Of a DNA stretch of 37,372 nucleotides, positions 8,167-17,242 are shown in pieces. The stretch is taken from positions 1 to 37,372 of the forward strand of contig JAOZVH010000004.1 of the NCBI GenBank assembly GCA_029938235.1, given 5' to 3'. A program made the translations under genes and the position numbers. The stretch's first letter is position 1. The number at the start of each line of letters is the position of its first letter. Source of the stretch: Bacteroidales bacterium (GTDB lineage Bacteria > Bacteroidota > Bacteroidia > Bacteroidales > 4572-128). A model generated the notes under the pieces. The model was not told the DNA's origin and made no database searches. It was given only the letters and a program-made list of their open reading frames with translations.

Positions 8167-9195
8167 TTGAAAAAATCAATGAAAACACATGATGCATTTT
8201 TTAAGAATTTGTTTAGCAAGCTGGAAGAAGCAAAACATTTTATCAAAAAAACGTTTCCACAAGAATTTTTAAAAAATCTTGATGTTGATTCTTTGAAAAT
8301 TGATACAACTAATTATGTAAGTAATGACCTAAATGAATTTTTTGCAGATGTAGTTTATGATTGTAATTATTTTATCAATAAGAAAAAGGAAAAAATAAAA
8401 ATTTCTTTGCTCTTCGAACATAAAAGTTACGTAGAAAATTTTATTCATTTGCAGCTTTTGAAGTACCTTGTGAGTATATGGGACCTACAAATAAAGCAAG
8501 CAAAAGATAAGAAATTAAAAATGAAATCTTTCCGTTTACGTCCAGTTATTTTAATGGTTTTTTATCATGGAAAACAAAAATGGGAGAAAAAACATTTTAA
8601 AGAACATTTCGAGTACATGGACGAAAATTTGATAAAATATCTCCCAAAATTTGATTATGAACTAATTAATATTAATGAATTTTCTGACGAAAAAATAAAA
8701 AATTTATTTAGTCGTGAACAATTGCAAGCAAGTTTACTTCTATTAAAAAATATTTTTGATAAAGAAAAGATCATTAAATTATTAAAAAACATAATTATGA
8801 TGGATGGCTTTATAGATAAAAGCCAAAAAAAACAATTTTTAGAGACAATTTCGAGTTATATTTATAATAAAACAGAAATAAGAGTTAATGAATTATTTAA
8901 TATTATGGAAAGTATAGAAACAAAATCCAAAAGAATTTTTATTTCTACAGCTATGCAGCTTGAAATGAAAGGAAAAAAAGAAGGAAGAAGAGAAGGAATA
9001 TTGGAAGGAATTATTCTAGGTAGAACCGAAGGTAGAACCGAAGGAAAAAACGAAGGAAGAAAAGAAGGAAGAAACGAAAGTAGAATAGAAATAGCTTTTT
9101 CTATGTTGAAAAAAAAATATCCAGATGAAGTTATTATGGAGCTTACAGGCTTAGATATTTCTAATATAAAATTACTTAAATCCATAGACGGATAG
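8167..9195 (+). CDS. Rpn family recombination-promoting nuclease / YhgA-like putative transposase (start may be ATG 8179)
   Basis: HDAFFKNLFS, FADVVY, LLFEHKS, LQLLKY and PVILMVFYHG motifs; C-terminal (EGRx)n repeats followed by an IAFSML...IMELTGL tail. Confidence 0.93.
   Translation: MKKSMKTHDAFFKNLFSKLEEAKHFIKKTFPQEFLKNLDVDSLKIDTTNYVSNDLNEFFADVVYDCNYFINKKKEKIKISLLFEHKSYVENFIHLQLLKYLVSIWDLQIKQAKDKKLKMKSFRLRPVILMVFYHGKQKWEKKHFKEHFEYMDENLIKYLPKFDYELININEFSDEKIKNLFSREQLQASLLLLKNIFDKEKIIKLLKNIIMMDGFIDKSQKKQFLETISSYIYNKTEIRVNELFNIMESIETKSKRIFISTAMQLEMKGKKEGRREGILEGIILGRTEGRTEGKNEGRKEGRNESRIEIAFSMLKKKYPDEVIMELTGLDISNIKLLKSIDG
8968..9078 (+). repeat. 12-nt in-frame repeats encoding EG(R/K/I)x in the Rpn C-terminus
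   Basis: GAAGGAAGAAAA- and GAAGGTAGAACC-type units; protein KGKKEGRREGILEGIILGRTEGRTEGKNEGRKEGRNE. Confidence 0.85.
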
Positions 9196-9327
9196 ATTAT
9201 TGACAAAACTTCTAAAAATAAGATTAAATTAAAATATTAATATTTTTTTCAAAAAAAGCAAAAATTTTATTATTTTATTTTGAAAAAAAATTTTTTAATT
9301 ATAAATTTTATTATTTTATTTTGGATT

Positions 9328-9756
9328 ATGAAAATAAGAAAGACATTTTTTTATTTATTTTTTTATTTATTTTTAATTGGTGTTTCTTGTCAAGAAGAGA
9401 ACAATTATAAAGAAATTGATATGATTGGAACTTGGGATATTGATGTGTATTTAAGATATAAATATGTTAATGATGGTGTTTTTAAAATGGACACATTTCC
9501 ATTATCAGGAAAATTTATTTTTGAAAAAAATGGAATTGGAAGAAAAATACTTTTAAATAAAACAAGTTTTATTAAGTGGACTAAAGAAAAGTATGCAGCA
9601 AAAATTATAGAAGACGAAATAGAAACTTCTTTTGTTGTAAAAACAGACTTAGAAAACGAACAAACTTGGATTGGAAATACTTACGAAAGAGACAGTTCTT
9701 TCCAACAAATTAGAATAGAACACACTTTTTTTTTAGAAAGGAAAAAAAACAAATAA
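9328..9756 (+). CDS. Hypothetical lipoprotein (lipocalin-like)
   Basis: ATG 9328 gives MKIRKTFFYLFFYLFLIGVSC with a lipobox; IGTW motif and a beta-rich body. The ORF track start at TTG 9280 is probably too far upstream. Confidence 0.7.
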   Translation: MKIRKTFFYLFFYLFLIGVSCQEENNYKEIDMIGTWDIDVYLRYKYVNDGVFKMDTFPLSGKFIFEKNGIGRKILLNKTSFIKWTKEKYAAKIIEDEIETSFVVKTDLENEQTWIGNTYERDSSFQQIRIEHTFFLERKKNK

Positions 9757-9757
9757 T

Positions 9758-11188
9758 ATGTTAAAATTTAATTTAATAGAAAATTTTTCTGATAATAATT
9801 TAATTATTATAGCAGATAAAAATAGTGATCTTTCAAAATTTAATTTCTCTGAAAAGGAATTAAATTTTATAAAGAAATCTATTAAAGACAAAAAAAAACA
9901 AATTACAATAAATCATTATGATAAATTTGTTTTTGTAAATATTTTAGAAAAAAGCAAAAAAAAACTGGAATATAAAGACAAAGAAAATGCAAGAAAATCA
10001 GCATTTGCTTTGTGGAACACAATTCAAAATTATAAATTGAAAGAGATAGAAATTTGTGATATTGAAAATAGAAGTTCAATTGTTCTTGCTTTTGCAGAAG
10101 GACTTGCCCTCAGTAATTATCAATTTTTAAAATATTTTAGTAAAAAAAATTTTGAAAAAAAGAGGTCTTTTCTTGAAAAAATTTCTTTTGTAAATTTAAA
10201 AGAAGAAGATATTTCTGAATTGAAAAATTTAATGGAAGCAGTTTATTTAACAAGAGATTTAGTTAATGAGCCAGTTAATTTTTTAAATACAGAAAAATTC
10301 TCTTGTGAAATTAAAAGAATTTCTGAAGAAATTGGATTTTCTGCGGAAATTTTTGATAAGAAAAAAATAGAGAGTTTAAAAATGGGTGGAATTATTGCGG
10401 TGAATAAAGGGAGTATAGATCCACCAAGTTTTGCCATTTTAGAATGGAAACCAGAAAATCCGAAAAACAAAAAGGCAATAGTTCTTGTTGGAAAAGGCAT
10501 CGTTTACGACACAGGAGGTTTAAGTTTGAAACCTTCAAATTCTATGACGAGTATGAAATCTGATGTTTCCGGAGCCTGCTCTGTTTTGGGAACTTTTTAT
10601 GCTGTCGCAAAAAACAAATTAGATGTTCATATTATTGGTTTAATTCCAATTACAGATAATCGTCCTTCGCATAATGCTTATGCTCCGGATGATATTATAA
10701 AAATGTACGATGGAACAACTGTTGAAGTTCAAAATACTGATGCTGAAGGTCGTATGATACTTGCTGATGCTTTATCATATGCAAAAAGATATGAGCCAAA
10801 ACTTGTTATAGATTTAGCAACTTTGACTGGTGCTTCGGCATATTTCATTGGGAAAGAAGCTATTGTTAGTATGACAAACGAAGATGCTGAACCTCACTTA
10901 AAAAATTTACAAAAAAGTGGAGAAAATGTTTATGAACGTTTAGTAAATCTTCCTATGTGGGAAGAATATGCAGAGCAAATAAAATCTAATATTGCTGACA
11001 TTCGTAATATTGGAGATTACGCTGGTTCTATAACCGCAGGAAAATTTTTAGAACATTTTACTGATTATCCTTGGATCCATTTAGATATTGCCGGAACGGC
11101 TTTTCTTGATAGAAAAGATAATTACAGAGGAAAAGGAGGAACTGGTTCTGGAGTTCGTTTGTTGTATGATTTTCTAAAAAATTATTAA
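9758..11188 (+). CDS. pepA: Leucyl aminopeptidase (peptidase M17)
   Basis: TRDLVNEP, VGKGIVYDTGGLSLK, MKSD, NTDAEGRMILADAL, DLATLTGA, WIHLDIAG. Confidence 0.96.
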   Translation: MLKFNLIENFSDNNLIIIADKNSDLSKFNFSEKELNFIKKSIKDKKKQITINHYDKFVFVNILEKSKKKLEYKDKENARKSAFALWNTIQNYKLKEIEICDIENRSSIVLAFAEGLALSNYQFLKYFSKKNFEKKRSFLEKISFVNLKEEDISELKNLMEAVYLTRDLVNEPVNFLNTEKFSCEIKRISEEIGFSAEIFDKKKIESLKMGGIIAVNKGSIDPPSFAILEWKPENPKNKKAIVLVGKGIVYDTGGLSLKPSNSMTSMKSDVSGACSVLGTFYAVAKNKLDVHIIGLIPITDNRPSHNAYAPDDIIKMYDGTTVEVQNTDAEGRMILADALSYAKRYEPKLVIDLATLTGASAYFIGKEAIVSMTNEDAEPHLKNLQKSGENVYERLVNLPMWEEYAEQIKSNIADIRNIGDYAGSITAGKFLEHFTDYPWIHLDIAGTAFLDRKDNYRGKGGTGSGVRLLYDFLKNY

Positions 11189-11235
11189 AAAAAAATTAAA
11201 AATTTTAAAAAAAATTATTTCGTAAATAAAAAAAT

Positions 11236-11856
11236 ATGGAAAATTTATTAAATATTTTTGTCAAATCAATGTTTATTGATAATATGATATTTGCCTATTT
11301 TTTGGGTATGTGTTCATATTTGGCTGTGTCTAAAACAGTTAAAACTTCTGTTGGACTTGGGCTTGCTGTAATTTTTGTACTTGGAATTACTGTTCCTGTA
11401 AACTATTTATTGGAAAATTACATTTTAAAAAAAGGTGCTTTAGCTTGGGTTCTTGGTGAAAGTGCAAAGGATGTAGATTTAAGTTTTTTAAGTTTTATAA
11501 TGTTTATCGCTGTGATTGCGTCTATGGTTCAGTTGGTTGAAATGATAGTTGAAAAAGTTTCGCCAGCTTTATATAATGCTCTGGGTATTTTTCTACCATT
11601 AATTGCCGTAAATTGTGCGATACTTGGTGGAGCATTATTTATGCAAGAAAGAGCTTATAATTCAATTGTCGAAGCAACAGCTTTTGGAATGGGGTCTGGA
11701 TTAGGATGGTTGCTTGCTGTAATTGGAATTGCTGCCATACGTGAAAAAATACAATATTCTAATGTTTTACCACCTCTAAGAGGTTTAGGAATTACATTCA
11801 TCGCAACAGGAATTATGGGAATTGCATTTATGGCATTTATGGGTATAAAATTATAA
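11236..11856 (+). CDS. nqrE: Na(+)-translocating NADH:quinone reductase subunit E
   Basis: [30 protein letters not shown]...VDLSFL insertion typical of NqrE rather than Rnf[42 protein letters not shown]. Confidence 0.93.
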   Translation: MENLLNIFVKSMFIDNMIFAYFLGMCSYLAVSKTVKTSVGLGLAVIFVLGITVPVNYLLENYILKKGALAWVLGESAKDVDLSFLSFIMFIAVIASMVQLVEMIVEKVSPALYNALGIFLPLIAVNCAILGGALFMQERAYNSIVEATAFGMGSGLGWLLAVIGIAAIREKIQYSNVLPPLRGLGITFIATGIMGIAFMAFMGIKL

Positions 11857-11901
11857 TTAAAATTTATATAAAAAATAATTATTTGAAATAAAGAAACTTG
11901 A

Positions 11902-11957
11902 AAATATTTTTCAAATTTTAAAATAAAATATTTTATTTCAAAATTTGAAAAATATTT
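11902..11957. terminator. 56-bp near-perfect palindrome downstream of nqrE (putative terminator or cruciform)
   Basis: AAATATTTTTCAAATTTTAAAATAAAAT / ATTTTATTTCAAAATTTGAAAAATATTT; one mismatch, no loop. Confidence 0.55.
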
Positions 11958-11974
11958 AAATTTTAAGCAATTTT

Positions 11975-12058
11975 TTCAATTTTTTTTTTTTTAATTATTT
12001 AAAATCTTAAAAATTTTGGCGTTTTTTTTGAAAAAAATTTTTTATTTGAAAATTTTTA
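11975..12058 (-). repeat. Single degenerate satellite unit (reverse orientation)
   Basis: AAAATCTTAAAAATTTTGGCGTTTTTTTTGAAAAAAATTTTTT is the reverse complement of the 2413-2758 unit type. Confidence 0.65.
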
Positions 12059-12116
12059 AAAAGAAAAGTGTTTTGATTTTTAAAGAATAGAGTATTAAAA
12101 AAAATAACAAATAGAA

Positions 12117-13352
12117 ATGAAGAAACTTGATAAACATATTTTTCAACAATTAGAACTTGTTTATAAAAAATATGAATTTTTAAAATCGAAAGAAGAAAAG
12201 TTTAATATTTTTTCAGTATTATACAAAGATTATGAAGAAGTTAAACTGCATTCAAGATTTATTTCAACACTTTTAAATCCTTATGCGTCTCATAAAAAAG
12301 GTTCTATTTTTTTAAAAGAATTTATAAATATATTTTCTGACGATATTTTAAAATTTGATAATTTCGATAAAGCAGTTGTTTATCCAGAAGAATGGAATAA
12401 AAAAGAATATCATCATATTGACATTTTAATAATTGATAGAAAACAACAAAATGCTATCATCATAGAAAATAAACTAAATGCTTATGATAGTAGTAAGGGT
12501 AAACAATTGGAAAGATATTTTAAGTTTGTGAGAGATGAAGAAGAAATTCCTCAAGAAAATATCACTACTTTTTATCTAACATTGGACGGACACGAACCAA
12601 GTGATGATAGTTTAGGAGAGTTTAAAGAATTATCAAATATTAATGGATATTGTATTACATATAATTATCATGTTATAAAATGGTTAAATAGATGTTTAAT
12701 GTACGTTTCTGATAAACCATTTATACGTGAAAGTATTTTTCAATACAAAAATTTAATAAAGAAAATAACAATGGATAATAAAGATATTGAAGAAAGACTT
12801 GAAATTAGAGAAACTATTGCTAAAGATGAGATTTCTATGAACTCAACGAAATACATAATAGATAATTTTAAGCATATTAAATGGCATACTGTGAGAGATT
12901 TTTGGGATGAGTTGAGTTGTAAATTAGTTTCATTAGATTTTGAGGTAGTAGAAGAACCTACTCATGAGCAAATAACAGATATTACTCATTATGAAATATA
13001 TCGTAAAGGACAAAAAGATAAACAATATTGTGGTATTAAATTTAAAGTTAATGAAAATTTAGAATTATTTATTTGGAATGAAGCTGATGACTGGATATAT
13101 TGGGGTGCTTCTATTACAAATGTAAAAAATAGCTCTCTTCATGTTATATTTAATGATTTCTTTTCTTTACAAGAAAAATACAAGTATTGGTGGAAAAATT
13201 CTTTAGAAGATGATAATAGAATTTGGCTTTCAAATTTTTCTCATCAAGCAACTTTTAATCTAATCAATAAAGATAAAAGAGCAAAAGTAGTTGAAAATAT
13301 TATTAAAGAAATAAAAAATTTTTTGATAGTAAAATTACATTTAAAGTTTTAA
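12117..13352 (+). CDS. PD-(D/E)XK nuclease family protein (PDDEXK_4-like)
   Basis: FNIFSVL...EVKLHSRFISTLLNP, IDILI, IIIENK, QLERY, FYLTLDGHEPS. Confidence 0.88.
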   Translation: MKKLDKHIFQQLELVYKKYEFLKSKEEKFNIFSVLYKDYEEVKLHSRFISTLLNPYASHKKGSIFLKEFINIFSDDILKFDNFDKAVVYPEEWNKKEYHHIDILIIDRKQQNAIIIENKLNAYDSSKGKQLERYFKFVRDEEEIPQENITTFYLTLDGHEPSDDSLGEFKELSNINGYCITYNYHVIKWLNRCLMYVSDKPFIRESIFQYKNLIKKITMDNKDIEERLEIRETIAKDEISMNSTKYIIDNFKHIKWHTVRDFWDELSCKLVSLDFEVVEEPTHEQITDITHYEIYRKGQKDKQYCGIKFKVNENLELFIWNEADDWIYWGASITNVKNSSLHVIFNDFFSLQEKYKYWWKNSLEDDNRIWLSNFSHQATFNLINKDKRAKVVENIIKEIKNFLIVKLHLKF

Positions 13353-13614
13353 ATTTAAAATAACTTTGACTAAGTTTAGAATTTCGTCAAAGTTTTTGCG
13401 CCTGCAGTGTTTTTTTATAATGAATAATTGTGTGGTGAAAACTATACAAACCCAAAAAATTGGCATTTTTTTGAAAAATTTTAGGTTTGTACAGTTTGTA
13501 AAAATTTTTACAAAAAAACAACATATTTTTTTATTAAATTTTTTTTTAACAAAATTATTCAAATTTTTAATAGTTTCAAAAAAAAATGCTTTTTTGCGAA
13601 AAAATTAAAAAAAA

Positions 13615-15684
13615 ATGAATTTTTTATATCCTTATTTTTTGTTTGCATTATTTTCAATTTCTATTCCTATAATAATACATTTATTTAATTTTAGGTCTTA
13701 TAAAACGGTCTATTTTAGCAATCTTGAATTTTTAAAAAATATCAAACAAGAAACAAAAGCAAAATCAGAATTAAAACATTTACTAATTTTAATTTCTCGT
13801 ATTTTAATGATTATTTTTCTTGTTTTTGCGTTTGCACAAATTTATATTCCATCAGAGGGAGAAAAAAAAATAGAAAAAGAAAAAATTATTTCTATTTATA
13901 TAGATAATTCTTTTTCTATGGATGCCGAAGGAAAAGATGGTAAATTATTAGAATTAGCAAAAAATAAAGCTGTAAAAATTGCAAATGCTTATGCAAATAA
14001 TACAAAGTTTTTGTTAATTACAAATGATTTTTTTATGGGAAAATCAACATTAATTTCAAAAGAGCAATGCATAGAAATGATTAATGACGTAGAAATTTCT
14101 GCTTCTGTAAAAAATTTAAGCGAAATTTTCAGCCGACAAGAGGATTTTATCTCAGAAGAAAAAGAAGAAATTATTTTTGTTTTATCAGATTTTCAAAAAA
14201 ATTCTAATGATTTTTCAAAAATAAAAAATAATGATAAATTAAAAGTCAATCTTATTCCATTATTTGCGAAAATAAATAATAATTTATATATTGATAGCTG
14301 TTGGTTTGAAACTCCAAGTAGGAAATTAAATCAAACTGAAGAATTATTTGTGAAAATTGTAAATAAATCACAAGAAAATTATCAAAATATTCCGATAAAA
14401 TTATCTTTTTTAAATTCCGAAGATAATGAAAACTATAAAAAAAAATCTGTTGCGAGTTTTAATATAGAAAAAAATTCTAGCGAAATAGTAAAATTAACTT
14501 ACACAAATACAGAAAAAGGTATTTTAAATGGAAAAATTGAAATTTCTGATTATCCAATAACTTATGATAATACATTTTATTTTTCTTATTCCATAGCGAA
14601 TAATGTGAATATTTTAAATATTTTTGAAGAAAAAGAAAATATTTATTTTGATGCACTTTTTGGAAAAGATGAATATTTTGACATTAAACAAGAAAAAGTT
14701 TCTAAGATAAAAGTTTCAGAATTTAATAATTATTCTTTAATTATTCTCGATGAGTTGAAAAAAATTAATTCTGGTTTTTTGCAAGATTTAACAAATTACA
14801 TTTCTTCCGGAGGAACGATTTTATTTTTTCCAAATGAAGAAGGAGATATTGAAAATTATAATTTTTTATTAGAAAATTTGCAAAGCGAAAAAATTCTTTA
14901 TTTAGACGATAAAGAAAGTAAAATTGAAAATATTAATATAGAAAATGAAATTTATAAGAATGTTTTTAAAGAATTAGAAAATAACACAAATTTGCCAGAT
15001 ATTTTTAAACATTTTGTTTTTTCTCAGAATAAAATTAATAAAGAGCAAATAATATTAAGTACAGAAAATAATCATAAAATTTTAAGTTTTACGCCTTTTG
15101 GAAAAGGTGGAATTTATGTTTTTTCCATTCCGAATAAAATTAATGCCAGCAATTTTGTAAAACATCCGATTTTTATTCCAACAATTTATAATATTGCTTT
15201 AAACAGTCAAATTTCCTCCAAAATTTACTATAAATTGGGAGAGAATGAAAATGTTGAAATCAAGAAAAATTATTTAAATTCTGATTTTAATATTTTACAC
15301 ATCACAAATTCTAAATTAAATTTTGATTTCATTCCGGAAAAAAAGTCAGACATTTTAAATTCAAATATTCTTTTGAATGTGGAAGGGAAAATCAAAGAAG
15401 CAAATAATTATTTTGTAAAAAATGGTAAAAAAAATTTATATGGTATTTCTTTTAATTTTAATCGCAAAGAATCTGATTTAATTTATTGGGATATAAACGA
15501 AATAAAAAGTTTAATAAGTTCTAAAAATTTGAAGAATTTTAAATTTTTAGAATTTGAAAATATAAAAGAATTTGCAACAGTCTTAAAAGACATCAGTCAA
15601 GGAAAACAAATATGGAAAATTTTTATTTTATTATCCTTGCTATTTTTTGCAATGGAAATTCTTTTGATAAGAATTTGGAAATAA
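13615..15684 (+). CDS. BatA (aerotolerance regulator N-terminal) and vWA-like domain membrane protein
   Basis: MNFLYPYFLFAL...IPIIIHLFNFR...VYFSNLEFL; MIDAS-like YIDNSFSM and LSDFQ; C-terminal TM WKIFILLSLLFFAMEILLIRIWK. Confidence 0.9.
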   Translation: MNFLYPYFLFALFSISIPIIIHLFNFRSYKTVYFSNLEFLKNIKQETKAKSELKHLLILISRILMIIFLVFAFAQIYIPSEGEKKIEKEKIISIYIDNSFSMDAEGKDGKLLELAKNKAVKIANAYANNTKFLLITNDFFMGKSTLISKEQCIEMINDVEISASVKNLSEIFSRQEDFISEEKEEIIFVLSDFQKNSNDFSKIKNNDKLKVNLIPLFAKINNNLYIDSCWFETPSRKLNQTEELFVKIVNKSQENYQNIPIKLSFLNSEDNENYKKKSVASFNIEKNSSEIVKLTYTNTEKGILNGKIEISDYPITYDNTFYFSYSIANNVNILNIFEEKENIYFDALFGKDEYFDIKQEKVSKIKVSEFNNYSLIILDELKKINSGFLQDLTNYISSGGTILFFPNEEGDIENYNFLLENLQSEKILYLDDKESKIENINIENEIYKNVFKELENNTNLPDIFKHFVFSQNKINKEQIILSTENNHKILSFTPFGKGGIYVFSIPNKINASNFVKHPIFIPTIYNIALNSQISSKIYYKLGENENVEIKKNYLNSDFNILHITNSKLNFDFIPEKKSDILNSNILLNVEGKIKEANNYFVKNGKKNLYGISFNFNRKESDLIYWDINEIKSLISSKNLKNFKFLEFENIKEFATVLKDISQGKQIWKIFILLSLLFFAMEILLIRIWK

Positions 15685-15692
15685 AATTTCAA

Positions 15693-15740
15693 TTTTTAAT
15701 AAAATTTTCATTTAAATTTAAATGAAAATTTTATTAAAAA
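15693..15740. terminator. Perfect 48-bp palindrome between convergent BatA-domain gene and ybaB
   Basis: TTTTTAATAAAATTTTCATTTAAA / TTTAAATGAAAATTTTATTAAAAA; no mismatch, no loop. Confidence 0.6.
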
Positions 15741-15768
15741 ATTGCCGTTTTTTTGAAAAAATTTTTTT

Positions 15769-16077
15769 TTAACCAAACATATTTTGAATATCTGGCATTA
15801 CATTATTAGCAACTCCTTTCATTTCTATTTCAGAAATTTTTTCGGCTTTTTCTAATGCTCTATTAATTGCAACTATTATTAAATCCTCAACACTTTCTTT
15901 GTCATCCATAAGTTCTTGACTAATAATAATATTTTTAATTTTTTTATTTGCTGTGCAAGTTATTTTTATCAAACCGTTTTCTAATATTTCGTCTATTAAA
16001 ATAGTATCCAAACGTTTTTTAGTTGCTTCCATTTTTTGTTGGGCTTCTTGCATTTTGCCCATTATATCTCCAAACAT
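15769..16077 (-). CDS. ybaB: YbaB/EbfC family nucleoid-associated protein
   Basis: MMGK-like start MFGDIMGKMQEAQQKME, GLIKITCTAN, EDLIIVAINRALEKA. Confidence 0.92.
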   Translation of the reverse strand: MFGDIMGKMQEAQQKMEATKKRLDTILIDEILENGLIKITCTANKKIKNIIISQELMDDKESVEDLIIVAINRALEKAEKISEIEMKGVANNVMPDIQNMFG

Positions 16078-16099
16078 AAATTTTTGTATTTGTAAATTG

Positions 16100-16107
16100 C
16101 AAAATTA
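16100..16107 (-). promoter_or_regulatory. -7 promoter core TAATTTTG for ybaB
   Basis: The reverse strand reads TAATTTTGCA, 22 nt upstream of the ATG. Confidence 0.55.
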
Positions 16108-16132
16108 ATTTATTTTTAATAAAAAATTAATT

Positions 16133-17080
16133 TTATTCATAATCATCAATTTCCATTTCCATTAGTTTTTCTAAATTCATATCTAATAATTCTTTTGTAA
16201 TTTTTCTATCTTTTTGTAATTTTTCAAGCTTTTGTTTTGCTTTTTTCATTTTATTCATAAATTTTTCCATAATTTTTTCTTTTTCTTTTCTTATTGGAAC
16301 AGTTCCAGCTTTTCTAATAACTCTTTGTCCTTTTTTTGAAAGTATAAAATTTAAAAAATTCAAAATTTTTTTTTTATTTATATTATCATTATGTACAGTC
16401 AAATAAAGTGGTCTTATTAATTCATATTTCCCTTTTACAATATTTCTAAAAGAAGGTTTAACATTATTTAGTTTAAGAATTTTTAAATTTCTTTTTTTTG
16501 CTGAGGAAATACCTGTTATTCCAATTCCATTTATATCATTTTCTAATGCTTTTTCTAAGGGAGCCGATGATTTATAAATTATAGATTTTGTATATTCAAT
16601 TTCTTGGTCATAAAAAAGGAGAAGTCTTAACATAAAACCAACACCAGATATTTTCCCTTTTCTCGTATGAAGATTTATTTTTTCATCATTACCACCAATT
16701 TCTGACCATTTCGTAATTTCTCCGGAATATATTTTTTTAATATTATCAGTTGTAATGTTATTTATAGGATTTGACTTATTTACAATTACTACAATAGCAT
16801 CCCATGCAACAGGTATTAAAGTTACATTTTTTTCTTTCTCTTCGTTATCTAAACTGTGCCTACAAGTACCACCAATATCTGAGATTTTATTAGAAGTATT
16901 TCTAATCCCTTTTGTTGCTCCGCCACCAGAAAGTTCTATAATTATTCCTTTTTCTTTTTTATAAGCATCAGCTATTTCTTTCATAAAAGCTTTCTTTGTA
17001 ACAGCGCAACCCGTCCATTTTATCTGAGAAAAAGAACAAAAACTGATTAAAATTAAGAAAAAAATAAATATATTTTTCAT
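16133..17080 (-). CDS. PstS-like (PBP2) substrate-binding protein with Lys-rich C-terminal tail
   Basis: GGGATKGI, DIGGTCR, PVAWDAIVVIVN, IYSGEITKWSEIGG, GKYELIRPLY. ATG 17080 gives signal peptide MKNIFIFFLILISFCSFSQ. Confidence 0.85.
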   Translation of the reverse strand: MKNIFIFFLILISFCSFSQIKWTGCAVTKKAFMKEIADAYKKEKGIIIELSGGGATKGIRNTSNKISDIGGTCRHSLDNEEKEKNVTLIPVAWDAIVVIVNKSNPINNITTDNIKKIYSGEITKWSEIGGNDEKINLHTRKGKISGVGFMLRLLLFYDQEIEYTKSIIYKSSAPLEKALENDINGIGITGISSAKKRNLKILKLNNVKPSFRNIVKGKYELIRPLYLTVHNDNINKKKILNFLNFILSKKGQRVIRKAGTVPIRKEKEKIMEKFMNKMKKAKQKLEKLQKDRKITKELLDMNLEKLMEMEIDDYE

Positions 17081-17242
17081 ATTATTTTTTTTGAAAATAT
17101 TTAAAAAAAACGTCATTTTTTAAAAAATATTTTTTTTATTTGAAATTAAAATTAAAAAATTTTATTAAAAAAAAAATATTTTTATTTAATAAAACTTTAT
17201 TTAAAATATTTTTTAAATTTAACGTTTAAAAGAAAAAAAATT

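Noticed and set aside
8167-9195. Rpn gene as an active IS element
   Set aside because: No terminal inverted repeats or target duplication are visible, and the family is not shown to transpose as an IS.
8862-9206. Antisense 114-aa ORF over the Rpn C-terminus
   Set aside because: It is the mirror of the EGRx repeat (LPSF repeats) with no independent coding evidence.
13341-13608. ORFs 13341-13562 (-) and 13366-13608 (+)
   Set aside because: Overlapping F/K/N-rich translations of A/T-tract intergenic DNA with no recognisable motif.
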